DNA of 64,000 nucleotides from Bacteroidia bacterium (GTDB taxonomy: Bacteria; Bacteroidota; Bacteroidia; Bacteroidales; F082): positions 38,211 to 102,210 of the forward strand of contig JAJTAY010000037.1 in assembly GCA_021287165.1 (NCBI GenBank), given 5' to 3'. Of this stretch, positions 1 to 8,565 are shown in pieces. Both the position numbers and the translations under genes were made by a program. The notes under the pieces were generated by a model, which saw only the letters and a list, made by a program, of their open reading frames with translations, searched no databases and was not told where the DNA came from. Every line of letters starts with the position of its first letter. The first letter of the stretch is position 1.

Positions 1-494
1 TAGGCGTGCCATGTTTTGCGGTAGCTGTCAAGCAGGCTTCCCGATTCGGCAAGGTCGTCGATTATTGCAAGCTGATGTGATGCATTGCTGATGAGCAGCG
101 AGTCGTGTTGAGAATGAATATCGACAAGCCTTTGACCTAAGTCTTTCATCTGGCTGAGGTTTACCGGACTGTCGTTGATAAATGCCCTTGATTTTCCGCC
201 CGGACTTATCTCTCGTCTCAGCAGGCATTCAGCCTCATAATCTAGCTCATTTTCCGAAAAAAAAGCCTCAAGACCCAGTCCGTCGAGGTTGAATGTAGCC
301 TCAACAATGCATTTGTTATTTGGGTCGAACAGTACGCCTGTTTCGGCTCTTTCGCCCAGCACGAGGCCCAGTGCGCCAAGCAGTATCGATTTGCCGGCAC
401 CCGTTTCACCCGTGATGACCGTAAAGCCTTCCTGCAGGTCAATCTCGAGGTGTTCGATGAGGGCGTAATTGCTTATGCGCAGTTTATGCAACAT
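1..494 (-). CDS. recN: DNA repair protein RecN, N-terminal part (gene runs off the window start)
   Basis: I translated the minus strand from the ATG (complement of 492-494): MLHKLRISNYALIEHLEIDLQEGFTVITGETGAGKSILLGALGLVLGERAE...SPGGKSRAFINDSPV. It carries the SMC/RecN-type Walker A GETGAGKS. The frame stays open to the window edge, so the complete-ORF track does not list it. Confidence 0.85.
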   Translation of the reverse strand, partial: MLHKLRISNYALIEHLEIDLQEGFTVITGETGAGKSILLGALGLVLGERAETGVLFDPNNKCIVEATFNLDGLGLEAFFSENELDYEAECLLRREISPGGKSRAFINDSPVNLSQMKDLGQRLVDIHSQHDSLLISNASHQLAIIDDLAESGSLLDSYRKTWHA

Positions 495-551
495 GTTTCA
501 CCGTGATGCAGGGCAAAGGTAAAACATTATCGCGGCAGGCCAAAGCATTGC

Positions 552-1451
552 TCAGCTTGCCAGTATCTTCTCGTATTTCGATGCGTTGGAAGGGTCAATC
601 TCCCGCATGATGTTGACAACACGCGTTTTTTCCTGCGGGCTGCCCTTGGAAAATATGTTGATGATTTCGTCGCGTTTGGCATCGAGGATAAGTTGCAATA
701 AAAGCAGGTTGGACCTTGTACGGTATGCCTGCTCGAGGTATTTAATACTTTCGGCTATTGCAGTCCGGCCTTCGTCGGGGTTGTCGGCCATGCGGTCGAG
801 GCCAAGGCGGTGGTATTGATAGTTAAACTGCCTCAGCATTCTGTAGGATGGGTTGCGCAGGTTTTCAATGATCCAGTAGCGGTTGCGATTGCCGTCGAAT
901 GCCTTCCACCCGCGCTCGTTGGCGTTTTGTGCATTGTTGACGATGTTTTCAGCGGCCTGATAGAAAGGGTCGCCGCCATTGGGCGAAAAGCTGTCGAAAT
1001 CGAGACCCAGCATCACATAGGCATAGAATGCAAGTGTGGAGGTTAGGTTCGACATGAAGCTGTTTTCGTTAAAATCGAGCGGCTGCGATTCGAGGTACCT
1101 GAACTGAAAGTTTTCGTCAATAAAGTTGAGCATCACCGTATTGTAGGATGTTTTGTACACCGGCCTGCGCAGAATGACGGTGATGTTGCCCTTGTATTCG
1201 TCGGACGAAACCCTTTCGCGCAGCGTAATCATCATTGTACATTCGATGCGTTCGAGGTTTTTGATGTTTACATTCGTCCACTTACGGTTGTTCATAAACT
1301 CGTAGAGCGAAGATTGCAAGGCTTCGAATACGCGTCTGTCGGTCCCTTCAATGGTGGGCGCCTGCACCGAGATATCGCATTGAAACTCCTGGGCGGGCAG
1401 GAGTCGGATGGTAAGAATGATGACAATAATGGTAAGAATGATATTTTTCAT
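552..1451 (-). CDS. DUF4835-family secreted protein (labelled T9SS PorD in some databases)
   Basis: 299-aa ORF with a signal peptide (MKNIILTIIVIILTIRLLPAQE). It resembles the Bacteroidota family that sits between recN and coaBC. The family name is from memory only. Confidence 0.65.
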   Translation of the reverse strand: MKNIILTIIVIILTIRLLPAQEFQCDISVQAPTIEGTDRRVFEALQSSLYEFMNNRKWTNVNIKNLERIECTMMITLRERVSSDEYKGNITVILRRPVYKTSYNTVMLNFIDENFQFRYLESQPLDFNENSFMSNLTSTLAFYAYVMLGLDFDSFSPNGGDPFYQAAENIVNNAQNANERGWKAFDGNRNRYWIIENLRNPSYRMLRQFNYQYHRLGLDRMADNPDEGRTAIAESIKYLEQAYRTRSNLLLLQLILDAKRDEIINIFSKGSPQEKTRVVNIMREIDPSNASKYEKILAS

Positions 1452-1492
1452 GCGGCTACAGGCTTCTGTTTATAAACCATGCACTTGCAAAA

Positions 1493-2698
1493 TTATTGCA
1501 GCTGCAGGAGCATTCGGTTGATTTTGTCCGCAATATGAGCGGCAACCTCCGATTTAGGCATAAGCGGCAGATGCTCGGTTGCTTCGGCGGTGATCAGACT
1601 CACCTTGTTTGTGTTGTGTCCAAAACCGGCCCCTTCGTCGGCCAGCGAATTGAGGACAATCAAGTCGGCACCTTTAGTTGTGAGCTTAATTCGGGCATTT
1701 TCCACTGCATTGTCGGTCTCAAGTGCAAAGCCCACTAGCATTTGGCCAGATTTCTTGTTTCTTCCCAGTGTTTTCAGGATGTCGGGATTCTTGACCAGCT
1801 CAAGGCTCAGATTCTCATCCTGTTTCTTGATCTTTTTGTCGGAAGGCTTCAGCGGTCGATAGTCGGCTACGGCAGCACTCATCACCATGATATCTGAGGT
1901 TTGCGATAACGCCATGCAGGCCTCAAACATTTCGACGGCGGTTGTAACCGGCAAAAGCTCGATTGAGGGATGATTGACGCTCAGTTGGGTTGGTCCAAGC
2001 ACCAGCGTTACTTTGGCACCTCGGTTTGCAAATACTTTGGCAATTTCGATACCCATTCTGCCGGAGCTGTGATTGCCGATAAATCTTACCGGGTCGATGG
2101 GTTCATAAGTAGGTCCGGCGGTGATAAGCACCTTTTTGCCTTCGAACATTTTGTCGAAGGCTAGAAAATCCTTAATCCTCTGGAAAATATTTTCCGGCTC
2201 TTCCATTCTACCTTCTCCACACAGCCCGCTTGCCAGTTCTCCTGAACCGGGGGCAATGATGATGTTGCCGTATTGTTCGAGGGCTTTAATGTTGTTTGTT
2301 GTGGACGGGTGCTTGTACATGTCGAGGTCCATAGCAGGAGCCAGCATAACAGGGCAGCGTGCCGAAAGGTAGGTGGCCAGCAGCAGGTTGTCGGCTATGC
2401 CGTGATGCATCTTGCCAAGAGTGGTGGCCGTAACAGGAGCTATTACAAAGAGATCGGCCCAGAGCCCGAGCTCCACATGGCTGTGCCAGCTTCCGTCGGC
2501 GGGATTAAAAAAATCGCTCCACACCGGATGTCCGGTAAGGGTTGAAAGGGTAAGCGGCGTAACAAAATCTTTGGCGGCAGGGGTCATCACCACCTTTACT
2601 TCTGCTCCTGCTTTTCGCAACAGCCTCACCAGCAACGGTATCTTGTAGGCAGCTATGCCGCCGGTGATGCCTACAAGGATTTTTTTGCCCTTCAGCAT
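1493..2698 (-). CDS. coaBC: Bifunctional phosphopantothenoylcysteine decarboxylase / phosphopantothenate-cysteine ligase
   Basis: 401 aa. N-terminal flavoprotein motif KKILVGITGGIAAYK. C-terminal ligase half GPTYEPIDPVRFIGNHSSGRMG. Confidence 0.95.
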   Translation of the reverse strand: MLKGKKILVGITGGIAAYKIPLLVRLLRKAGAEVKVVMTPAAKDFVTPLTLSTLTGHPVWSDFFNPADGSWHSHVELGLWADLFVIAPVTATTLGKMHHGIADNLLLATYLSARCPVMLAPAMDLDMYKHPSTTNNIKALEQYGNIIIAPGSGELASGLCGEGRMEEPENIFQRIKDFLAFDKMFEGKKVLITAGPTYEPIDPVRFIGNHSSGRMGIEIAKVFANRGAKVTLVLGPTQLSVNHPSIELLPVTTAVEMFEACMALSQTSDIMVMSAAVADYRPLKPSDKKIKKQDENLSLELVKNPDILKTLGRNKKSGQMLVGFALETDNAVENARIKLTTKGADLIVLNSLADEGAGFGHNTNKVSLITAEATEHLPLMPKSEVAAHIADKINRMLLQLQ

Positions 2699-2726
2699 GG
2701 GGATGTTCCTCCGCCCACTTCGCTGA

Positions 2727-3059
2727 TCAGAATTCGTTGTTTTCGCGGTGGGGGTTGCGGAAATAGATCTGGTCGTTCAGAAACTCGTGAATGGCAATAA
2801 GGGTGGGCTTGGGCAAGCGTTCATAAAACCTTGCCAGCTCAATTTGCTCGCGGTTTTCGAACACCTCCTCCAAATTGTCGGATGCCGAGCTGAATTCCGA
2901 AATTTTGCGGCTCAGCTCTTCCTTCATCTCAGCGGCAATCTGATTGGCCCTTTTCGACAGGATTACCGTGGTTTCGTAGATATTTCCCGTGTGCTTGTTG
3001 AAAAGCTCTTTCTGACGGGTGACTGCGGTGGTTTCTGTCTTGATCTTTTTAAAATCCAT
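2727..3059 (-). CDS. rpoZ: DNA-directed RNA polymerase subunit omega (Bacteroidota type)
   Basis: 110 aa. Core YETTVILSKRANQIAAEMKEEL. Lies in the conserved position between bamD and coaBC. Confidence 0.8.
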   Translation of the reverse strand: MDFKKIKTETTAVTRQKELFNKHTGNIYETTVILSKRANQIAAEMKEELSRKISEFSSASDNLEEVFENREQIELARFYERLPKPTLIAIHEFLNDQIYFRNPHRENNEF

Positions 3060-3079
3060 AGGTATTTGATATCAATATG

Positions 3080-3871
3080 CTAATTTACAATTTTATTTCT
3101 GGAACGGTTGTAGACGCTTTCGAGCGATTTGAGTTTGGGGCTTTCCGGATTGTGAATGCGCAGGTTGTTGAATGCTTCGACCGAAGCTGCATAGCGTTCC
3201 TGCTGACGCGATGGTATGCTGCGTTCGGCATATTCGAAATAAGCAAGCACCATTGTAGCGTAAATATCTTCGGCTCTTTTGGTGTCGGGGTACTTCTTCA
3301 AAATGTTTTGGAAAGTAGTAATGGCAGCCTGATAGTCGCGCATGCGGTAATAGAGCATAGCGATGTTGTAGTCTTTCAGCTCTAGTTTATCTCTCAGATT
3401 ATCAATGAGTTCATTGCTTTTAGCTACCCTTTCGCTACGGGGATAGGTATTGATGAATTCCTGAAGCTCCTTGATGGCAAGATGTGTATTGGCCTGATCA
3501 AGGCTGGGGCGGGGCGAATCGAGGTAGTAGCAATAGGCATTCATGAAAAGCGCCTCCTCAGCCCTTGGCGTATTCGGATAGGTTTGGGCATGCCGCTTGA
3601 AATAGTAGGCGGCAAGGGTATAATCCTTTTGATAATAGTAACAATAGGCCATGTTGAAACCGATCTCTTCACCGCGTGCAGTGCCCCGATAAACGGATTG
3701 CAGCAGATCGAAGAGCTCAAGTGCGCGGTTGTAATCTTTCTTCTCGAACAAATCCATGGCCGTTTCGTACTTCAGGTCGTTGTCGGTGCTTTTAAGTAGC
3801 TTTTGATATTTGCTACACGAGCCAAACAAGAATGAAATGAAAACGAAAGCGAGGATCAGGTGTTTTTTCAT
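3080..3871 (-). CDS. bamD: Outer membrane protein assembly factor BamD
   Basis: 263 aa. Lipoprotein signal FLFGSC. BamD/YfiO-type TPR-like repeats (YNRALELFDLL, YYFKRHAQTYPNTPRAEEA, FQNILKKYPDTKRAED). Confidence 0.85.
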   Translation of the reverse strand: MKKHLILAFVFISFLFGSCSKYQKLLKSTDNDLKYETAMDLFEKKDYNRALELFDLLQSVYRGTARGEEIGFNMAYCYYYQKDYTLAAYYFKRHAQTYPNTPRAEEALFMNAYCYYLDSPRPSLDQANTHLAIKELQEFINTYPRSERVAKSNELIDNLRDKLELKDYNIAMLYYRMRDYQAAITTFQNILKKYPDTKRAEDIYATMVLAYFEYAERSIPSRQQERYAASVEAFNNLRIHNPESPKLKSLESVYNRSRNKIVN

Positions 3872-3875
3872 GCTG

Positions 3876-3883
3876 CAAAATTA
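3876..3883 (-). promoter_or_regulatory. Bacteroidota -7 promoter element TAnnTTTG (TAATTTTG) for the bamD operon
   Basis: Exact motif on the minus strand. Only 4 nt (cagc) separate it from the A of the bamD ATG. Confidence 0.4.
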
Positions 3884-4002
3884 CAATTTTTTATCTGGCA
3901 GCATAACGGCACAATGCAGCACATCTTATGCAAACACAGTATGATATCATACAGCGGGGATTGAACGGCTCAAAGGGGATGAACTGACATCAATCATTTT
4001 CC

Positions 4003-4010
4003 TAATTTTG
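4003..4010 (+). promoter_or_regulatory. -7 element TAATTTTG upstream of the alpha-oxoamine synthase gene
   Basis: Exact TAnnTTTG match, 40 nt before the ATG at 4051. Confidence 0.45.
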
Positions 4011-4050
4011 CGCGAAAATTCAAGTTATCACGATTTCTAAACATCCTAAT

Positions 4051-5292
4051 ATGAACGACGTTTTTGATAAGTGCACGGTCAATATGGGTCCCTTGGGGCA
4101 GTATGCCGATCGTTCGGAAGGCTATTATATGTTTCCCAAGCTGGAAGGTGAAATAGGCAACCGCATGATTTTCATGGGCAAGGAACGCCTGATCTGGAGT
4201 CTCAACAATTATCTGGGTTTGGCCAACCATCCCGAGGTGCGTAAGGCCGACGCCGAAGCTGCCGCCAAATTTGGTATGGCCTATCCCATGGGAGCCCGAA
4301 TGATGTCGGGGCAGTCGCTGTATCACGAGCAACTTGAGCGCGAGCTTGCCGCTTTTGTTGGCAGGGAGGCCTCCTATCTGCTGAATTACGGCTATCAGGG
4401 GATGGTGTCGGTTATCAATTCGATGGTCGACCGCCGCGATGTGATCGTTTACGACTCCGAAGCTCATGCCTGCATCATTGATGGTATGCGGCTGCACTTT
4501 GGCAAACGTTTCGTTTACCCGCACAACAATATCGAAAACCTTGAAACGCAGCTCAAAAGAGCAACAAAGCTCACGGCCGAAACGGGTGGCGGTATTCTGG
4601 TGATTACCGAAGGTGTCTATGGAATGTCGGGCGACCTTGGAAAACTTAAAGAGATTGTTGCGCTTAAGCAGAAGTATAATTTCCGTCTGCTGGTTGACGA
4701 TGCGCACGGTTTTGGAACAATGGGGCCAAATGGCGCAGGCACCGATGAGCATCTCGGCGTACAGGACGGGGTTGATCTTTATTTTGGCACTTTCGCCAAA
4801 TCGATGGCTGGAATTGGCGGGTTTATCGCCGGCGAGAAGAAGGTGATTAAATATCTGATGTATAATATGCGGTCGCAGATCTTTGCCAAATCGCTGCCGA
4901 TGCCTATGGTGCTTGGGGCATTAAAAAGACTCGATATGATTCGCACCATGCCCGAACTGCGCACAAAACTCTGGACAATTGTAAATGCCCTGCAATCTGG
5001 CCTAAAGGAAGCCGGCCTTGATATTGGCAATACCGAATCGCCGGTGACACCTGTAATGTTATATGGCGGTGTGGGTGAAGCTACTCAGATTACTCACGAC
5101 CTTAGGGAGAACTACAATATTTTCTGTTCCATCGTTACTTATCCTGTGGTACCGAAAGGCGTAATCCTGCTTCGCCTTATTCCTACTGCTGTGCATACGC
5201 TCGAGGATGTCGCCTATACCATTAATGCCTTTAAGGAAGTAAAAGAGAAGCTCGTCAGAAAAGAGTATTCGACCGAGATGGCAGCTTTTTAA
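4051..5292 (+). CDS. Alpha-oxoamine synthase family PLP enzyme (KBL / AONS / serine palmitoyltransferase / cysteate acyltransferase-like)
   Basis: 413 aa, fold-type I PLP enzyme. Motifs LVDDAHGFG and the PLP-lysine motif GTFAKSMAGIGGF. Substrate specificity cannot be read from the sequence alone. Confidence 0.85.
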   Translation: MNDVFDKCTVNMGPLGQYADRSEGYYMFPKLEGEIGNRMIFMGKERLIWSLNNYLGLANHPEVRKADAEAAAKFGMAYPMGARMMSGQSLYHEQLERELAAFVGREASYLLNYGYQGMVSVINSMVDRRDVIVYDSEAHACIIDGMRLHFGKRFVYPHNNIENLETQLKRATKLTAETGGGILVITEGVYGMSGDLGKLKEIVALKQKYNFRLLVDDAHGFGTMGPNGAGTDEHLGVQDGVDLYFGTFAKSMAGIGGFIAGEKKVIKYLMYNMRSQIFAKSLPMPMVLGALKRLDMIRTMPELRTKLWTIVNALQSGLKEAGLDIGNTESPVTPVMLYGGVGEATQITHDLRENYNIFCSIVTYPVVPKGVILLRLIPTAVHTLEDVAYTINAFKEVKEKLVRKEYSTEMAAF

Positions 5293-5305
5293 AGACAAAT
5301 CATTG

Positions 5306-5335
5306 AACGTCCGGCAGCAAGCCGGACGTTTTTTA
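5306..5335 (+). terminator. Rho-independent terminator after the alpha-oxoamine synthase gene
   Basis: Perfect 10-bp stem aacgtccggc / gccggacgtt with loop agcaa, followed by ttttt. Confidence 0.8.
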
Positions 5336-6169
5336 ATGCCAATGGAACAGCTCACCCGGCGCAATTTCTGGATCATTGCCATCAACTCGCTGGCTTCCTT
5401 TGTGCTGTCGTACCTCATTATCTTTTACCTCAATCAGCTGTCCTATGTGCTCACTTCAGGCATGTATGGATATCCGATTTCAGTGGATTATGCCTCGGTA
5501 TTTTTTCATGTTGAGCCTTACCAATGGACGCATGATGCCGTGTTTACCATATTTTCGTCGGGATATGTGCTGACTTTTATATTCGGATTGTTGATGCTTT
5601 TGGGCTTCTACTATGTTTTACCCGATGCATTGCCTGTTAAGGTGTTCTTTTTCTGGTTTGTGATGCATGCCGGGAATTATGTCTTTGGCGGCCTGCTTCT
5701 GGGCAATTTATTTACGCAGGGTCTGGGTCATGTTTTCAATTGGATGTATTTACTCGATACGCCACGTATGCTCATCTCCCTTACCGGGTTTTTTGGTTTA
5801 CTGGTCATTTCGCTGATGGCTGCTTATTGGGTTGGCATTTCCTCCAACGCATACTTCGTGAAATACAACGAAAAGATGGCGCCTTTTTTCATTACTGCAC
5901 AGGTTTTTGTGCCCTATCTAATTGGTTCTGCGCTTCTTTTCCTGTATTTCTATCCGAAAAATATGTTTCATGAGCGCTGGGGCTGGGTGGTATTGGGTAC
6001 AATGCTGCTGATATTCTATTCACGCGCTCAGTATATGCAGGACCTGCTTTTCGAGGAGGACGAAACCCGTCAAATACGACCAATGAAAGGGTTGATCATC
6101 ACCGCAATTGCAGCCTTGATTATATCCCGTCTCTTCATGAGCCATTCCTTCTATATTTCTTGGAACTGA
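5336..6169 (+). CDS. Multi-pass membrane protein, unknown family
   Basis: The ORF-track start at 5303 lies inside the upstream terminator hairpin. The first ATG after the hairpin is 5336 (MPMEQLTRRNFW...). Several long hydrophobic segments. No motif I recognise. Confidence 0.6.
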   Translation: MPMEQLTRRNFWIIAINSLASFVLSYLIIFYLNQLSYVLTSGMYGYPISVDYASVFFHVEPYQWTHDAVFTIFSSGYVLTFIFGLLMLLGFYYVLPDALPVKVFFFWFVMHAGNYVFGGLLLGNLFTQGLGHVFNWMYLLDTPRMLISLTGFFGLLVISLMAAYWVGISSNAYFVKYNEKMAPFFITAQVFVPYLIGSALLFLYFYPKNMFHERWGWVVLGTMLLIFYSRAQYMQDLLFEEDETRQIRPMKGLIITAIAALIISRLFMSHSFYISWN

Positions 6170-6190
6170 AAACGGGCTTAGTCCATCATA

Positions 6191-6226
6191 AAAAATAAAA
6201 GAGGCTGTCCAAGGGAGCAGCCTCTT
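6191..6226 (-). terminator. Terminator after the M14 carboxypeptidase gene (hairpin shared with the convergent membrane-protein gene)
   Basis: 9-bp stem aagaggctg / cagcctctt. A T-rich tail on the minus strand is the complement of aaaaataaaa. Confidence 0.65.
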
Positions 6227-6246
6227 CTGATTAGGATCACTAATTT

Positions 6247-8559
6247 TTATTGTATCATTATTTTCCTGACAATCAGCCCTTTCATGGTGTTTATTTCCAC
6301 CAGATAAAGGCCTGCTCTTAATCCGTTCAGATCGATCTGCATGCTGTTGGTTTCGCCGCCGCTGATTTGTCTGAGCAGCCGGCCGCCGTTGTCTTTAACA
6401 AGAACACCAAGTATCGAATTGTTTGCTTCAATTCTCAACTTACTGTCAGTAACCGGATTGGGGCTGATACTTACATTGATGTTGTTGTTTTCGTGGATCG
6501 ACACTGTAGAGAAACAGCTAAGGTTGGCAGCCCAGCCTGAACGAACAACCGATCCGTCGGATTTGAAATGGAAGGTCAGGGCTTTTTGCGGATTGCTGGC
6601 GGTGATTGTGCCGGGTGAGTTGGTACCGCACCAGGTGCCGATGAGGGGGGCTGAGGTGTTGGCCCCGTTGTAAATTTTTAGCCAGTCGTAGGCGCAGGTG
6701 CTGCTCGGTTCCAGATCGAAAGCTGTGAACTGTACGCGCATTAAGGCTTCCGGAGTGTCGGGAAAAAAGGTTGCAATAAATTCCTGATTATTGCCATAAT
6801 TTCCGGTTGGTCCGCCCGGGTCAAAAAACGTTCCTTCGCAGGTGTAAAACTGCCCGTTGCCCATCACATATTGCGAAGTAACGTTGATCAGGTTAGGTTT
6901 CAGGATTGTGTGCGACTGTCCGCTGGCATTGGTCACAGTAAGTTGCACATCGAAGGTGCCGGCGTTGGGATAAATGATATTGTTCGGGTTTTGCAGGTTG
7001 GACGAGGATGGGTTGGCGCCCGGAAACTGCCATTGCCACGAGGTGATGTTTTGCCCAAATGAAGCATCGGTAAAGTTGACAGAGCCGCCTTTGGGGATGT
7101 TGTAGGCACTTGCCGTAAAGTCGGCGATGATTGCGCCAGGTACAAGCTGCACGTCAACAATCACTTTTTGTTTATCCGACAGGCTCACGTTATTTACTGT
7201 CATTGAGTGGTAACCGGTGGCCGTAAACCGCAGGTTGTAGGTTCCGGCTTTAATGGGCCGGTGATAGTTTCCGGCAGGCAATGCACTAAAAACATGTGAA
7301 TTGTCGAGTTCATGCCCTAAAACTTCCACTTTAGCCATAATAGGCTGTCCGGTAACGGAGTCGGTAATTGTTCCATGAATGCCATACAATGCCTGATTCA
7401 TATAGTTGAGGAGCGAGCGGTAGTTGTAGTTCCAATGGGCCGGAAGCTGGGCCGCAGGCAGGGTTTTCGTATTCGAAATTTCTGCTGTCACTTCACGGCA
7501 GTTTTGAAAATAGTTCATATAGTCCTGCCGGCCACCCGAAACGCGATACCAGTCGTAGCCGTTGGTGATGCCGTTGTTGTATTGGGTCATATAGCCGGCC
7601 GGGCTGTTAAATTGAGCCGTGTCGGCATATTCGCGGCTCACATAAATCCACCAGTTGTCGTCGGCATGGCGGCGCTGCCAGGTGTCCCAGGGATAGTTGA
7701 TCACTTCGGCGCCTCCGTGGAAGTTGGCGGCCATAACAAAGTCTCGCTGCTCAGCAAACGCCATAAAAGCCTGCGTTTCGGGCTGCCATGAATTGCCGTC
7801 GGGGTGAGGACCATCGAGCGGGTCAGGATAGTTGCGGTTCAGATCCACATTATTGGCATTGCCTCTGCGTGATCCACTCACAGTGTTGTTGCCACCCCAG
7901 TAGGTGCCATCGGGATTGGCAAGCGGGTTAATCCAGATATCCATCTGGTCAACCAGACTGGTAACCCTTGGATTGATTCCGTAATTCGACAAAAGGTAAT
8001 GTATGAGCCTTAGCGTGAGCACGTACCCCGTTGTTTCGTCACCATGCATAGAGGATGTGTACAAAAACTGAGGTTTTCCGGCAGGGCTGCCGTTGTTGAT
8101 GCGCGCAACAAGGAGTTGACGTCCGCTGTTGAGGTTACCTATATTATGAATAGTGCAAAGGTTGGGATAGGTTGTCTGAAATTCCTGCATCATGCTGACA
8201 TAGGCAGGGTAGGTAGGATAGAAATCCCAGCTGCTTTTCTGATCAAGCTGATCCACATCGAGCATGCGAAGCTCCCCGGCCGGTACCTGAAGTCCTGGAG
8301 GCAAAAGTAGCTCTGGCTTATAGCCCAAAGCAACAATACGTTCGAACTGGCCGGGACTGGCATAAGCAATCACCTTGCCGGGCAAAATCTCATCGAGGGA
8401 AACCAGACGGCTAAGCTCGGCAATAGTTTTAGGATTGTCGGCAGGGAGGCTGAAGTAGTATTCCTGTCGTTCGGTTTGAAGTTGAAGAAGGTCGGGTTGC
8501 TGCGCGAACAAATGGGATGCGGTAAGCAGCAACACAACGATTGCGAGGAAACGTTTCAT
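6247..8559 (-). CDS. Secreted M14 zinc carboxypeptidase with PKD and CUB-like domains and a T9SS C-terminal sorting domain
   Basis: 770 aa with a signal peptide. M14 motifs SSMHGDETTG, NRNYPD, ANFHGGAEV. PKD-like segment WQWQFPGANP...GTFDVQLTVTNASG. CUB-like segment CEGTFFDPGGPTGNYGNN...CAYDWLKIYNG...WCG...FKSDGSV. C-terminal T9SS-type tail LYLVEINTMKGLIVRKIMIQ. Confidence 0.85.
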   Translation of the reverse strand: MKRFLAIVVLLLTASHLFAQQPDLLQLQTERQEYYFSLPADNPKTIAELSRLVSLDEILPGKVIAYASPGQFERIVALGYKPELLLPPGLQVPAGELRMLDVDQLDQKSSWDFYPTYPAYVSMMQEFQTTYPNLCTIHNIGNLNSGRQLLVARINNGSPAGKPQFLYTSSMHGDETTGYVLTLRLIHYLLSNYGINPRVTSLVDQMDIWINPLANPDGTYWGGNNTVSGSRRGNANNVDLNRNYPDPLDGPHPDGNSWQPETQAFMAFAEQRDFVMAANFHGGAEVINYPWDTWQRRHADDNWWIYVSREYADTAQFNSPAGYMTQYNNGITNGYDWYRVSGGRQDYMNYFQNCREVTAEISNTKTLPAAQLPAHWNYNYRSLLNYMNQALYGIHGTITDSVTGQPIMAKVEVLGHELDNSHVFSALPAGNYHRPIKAGTYNLRFTATGYHSMTVNNVSLSDKQKVIVDVQLVPGAIIADFTASAYNIPKGGSVNFTDASFGQNITSWQWQFPGANPSSSNLQNPNNIIYPNAGTFDVQLTVTNASGQSHTILKPNLINVTSQYVMGNGQFYTCEGTFFDPGGPTGNYGNNQEFIATFFPDTPEALMRVQFTAFDLEPSSTCAYDWLKIYNGANTSAPLIGTWCGTNSPGTITASNPQKALTFHFKSDGSVVRSGWAANLSCFSTVSIHENNNINVSISPNPVTDSKLRIEANNSILGVLVKDNGGRLLRQISGGETNSMQIDLNGLRAGLYLVEINTMKGLIVRKIMIQ

Positions 8560-8565
8560 TGAAGG

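Noticed and set aside
3994-4752. 252-aa minus-strand ORF antisense to the alpha-oxoamine synthase gene. Similar ones lie at 19525-20277, 36239-36856, 42918-43544, 49047-49670, 55418-56110, 59340-59978 and 10133-10717.
   Set aside because: All lie inside confidently identified genes on the other strand, and all translate to motif-free, low-complexity sequence. The 3994-4752 and 19525-20277 ORFs are in the codon-aligned frame, as checked by start offsets; I did not check the frame of the others.
5303-5335. ORF-track start at 5303 for the membrane protein
   Set aside because: These codons are the terminator hairpin and T tract of the upstream gene. The ATG at 5336 follows immediately.
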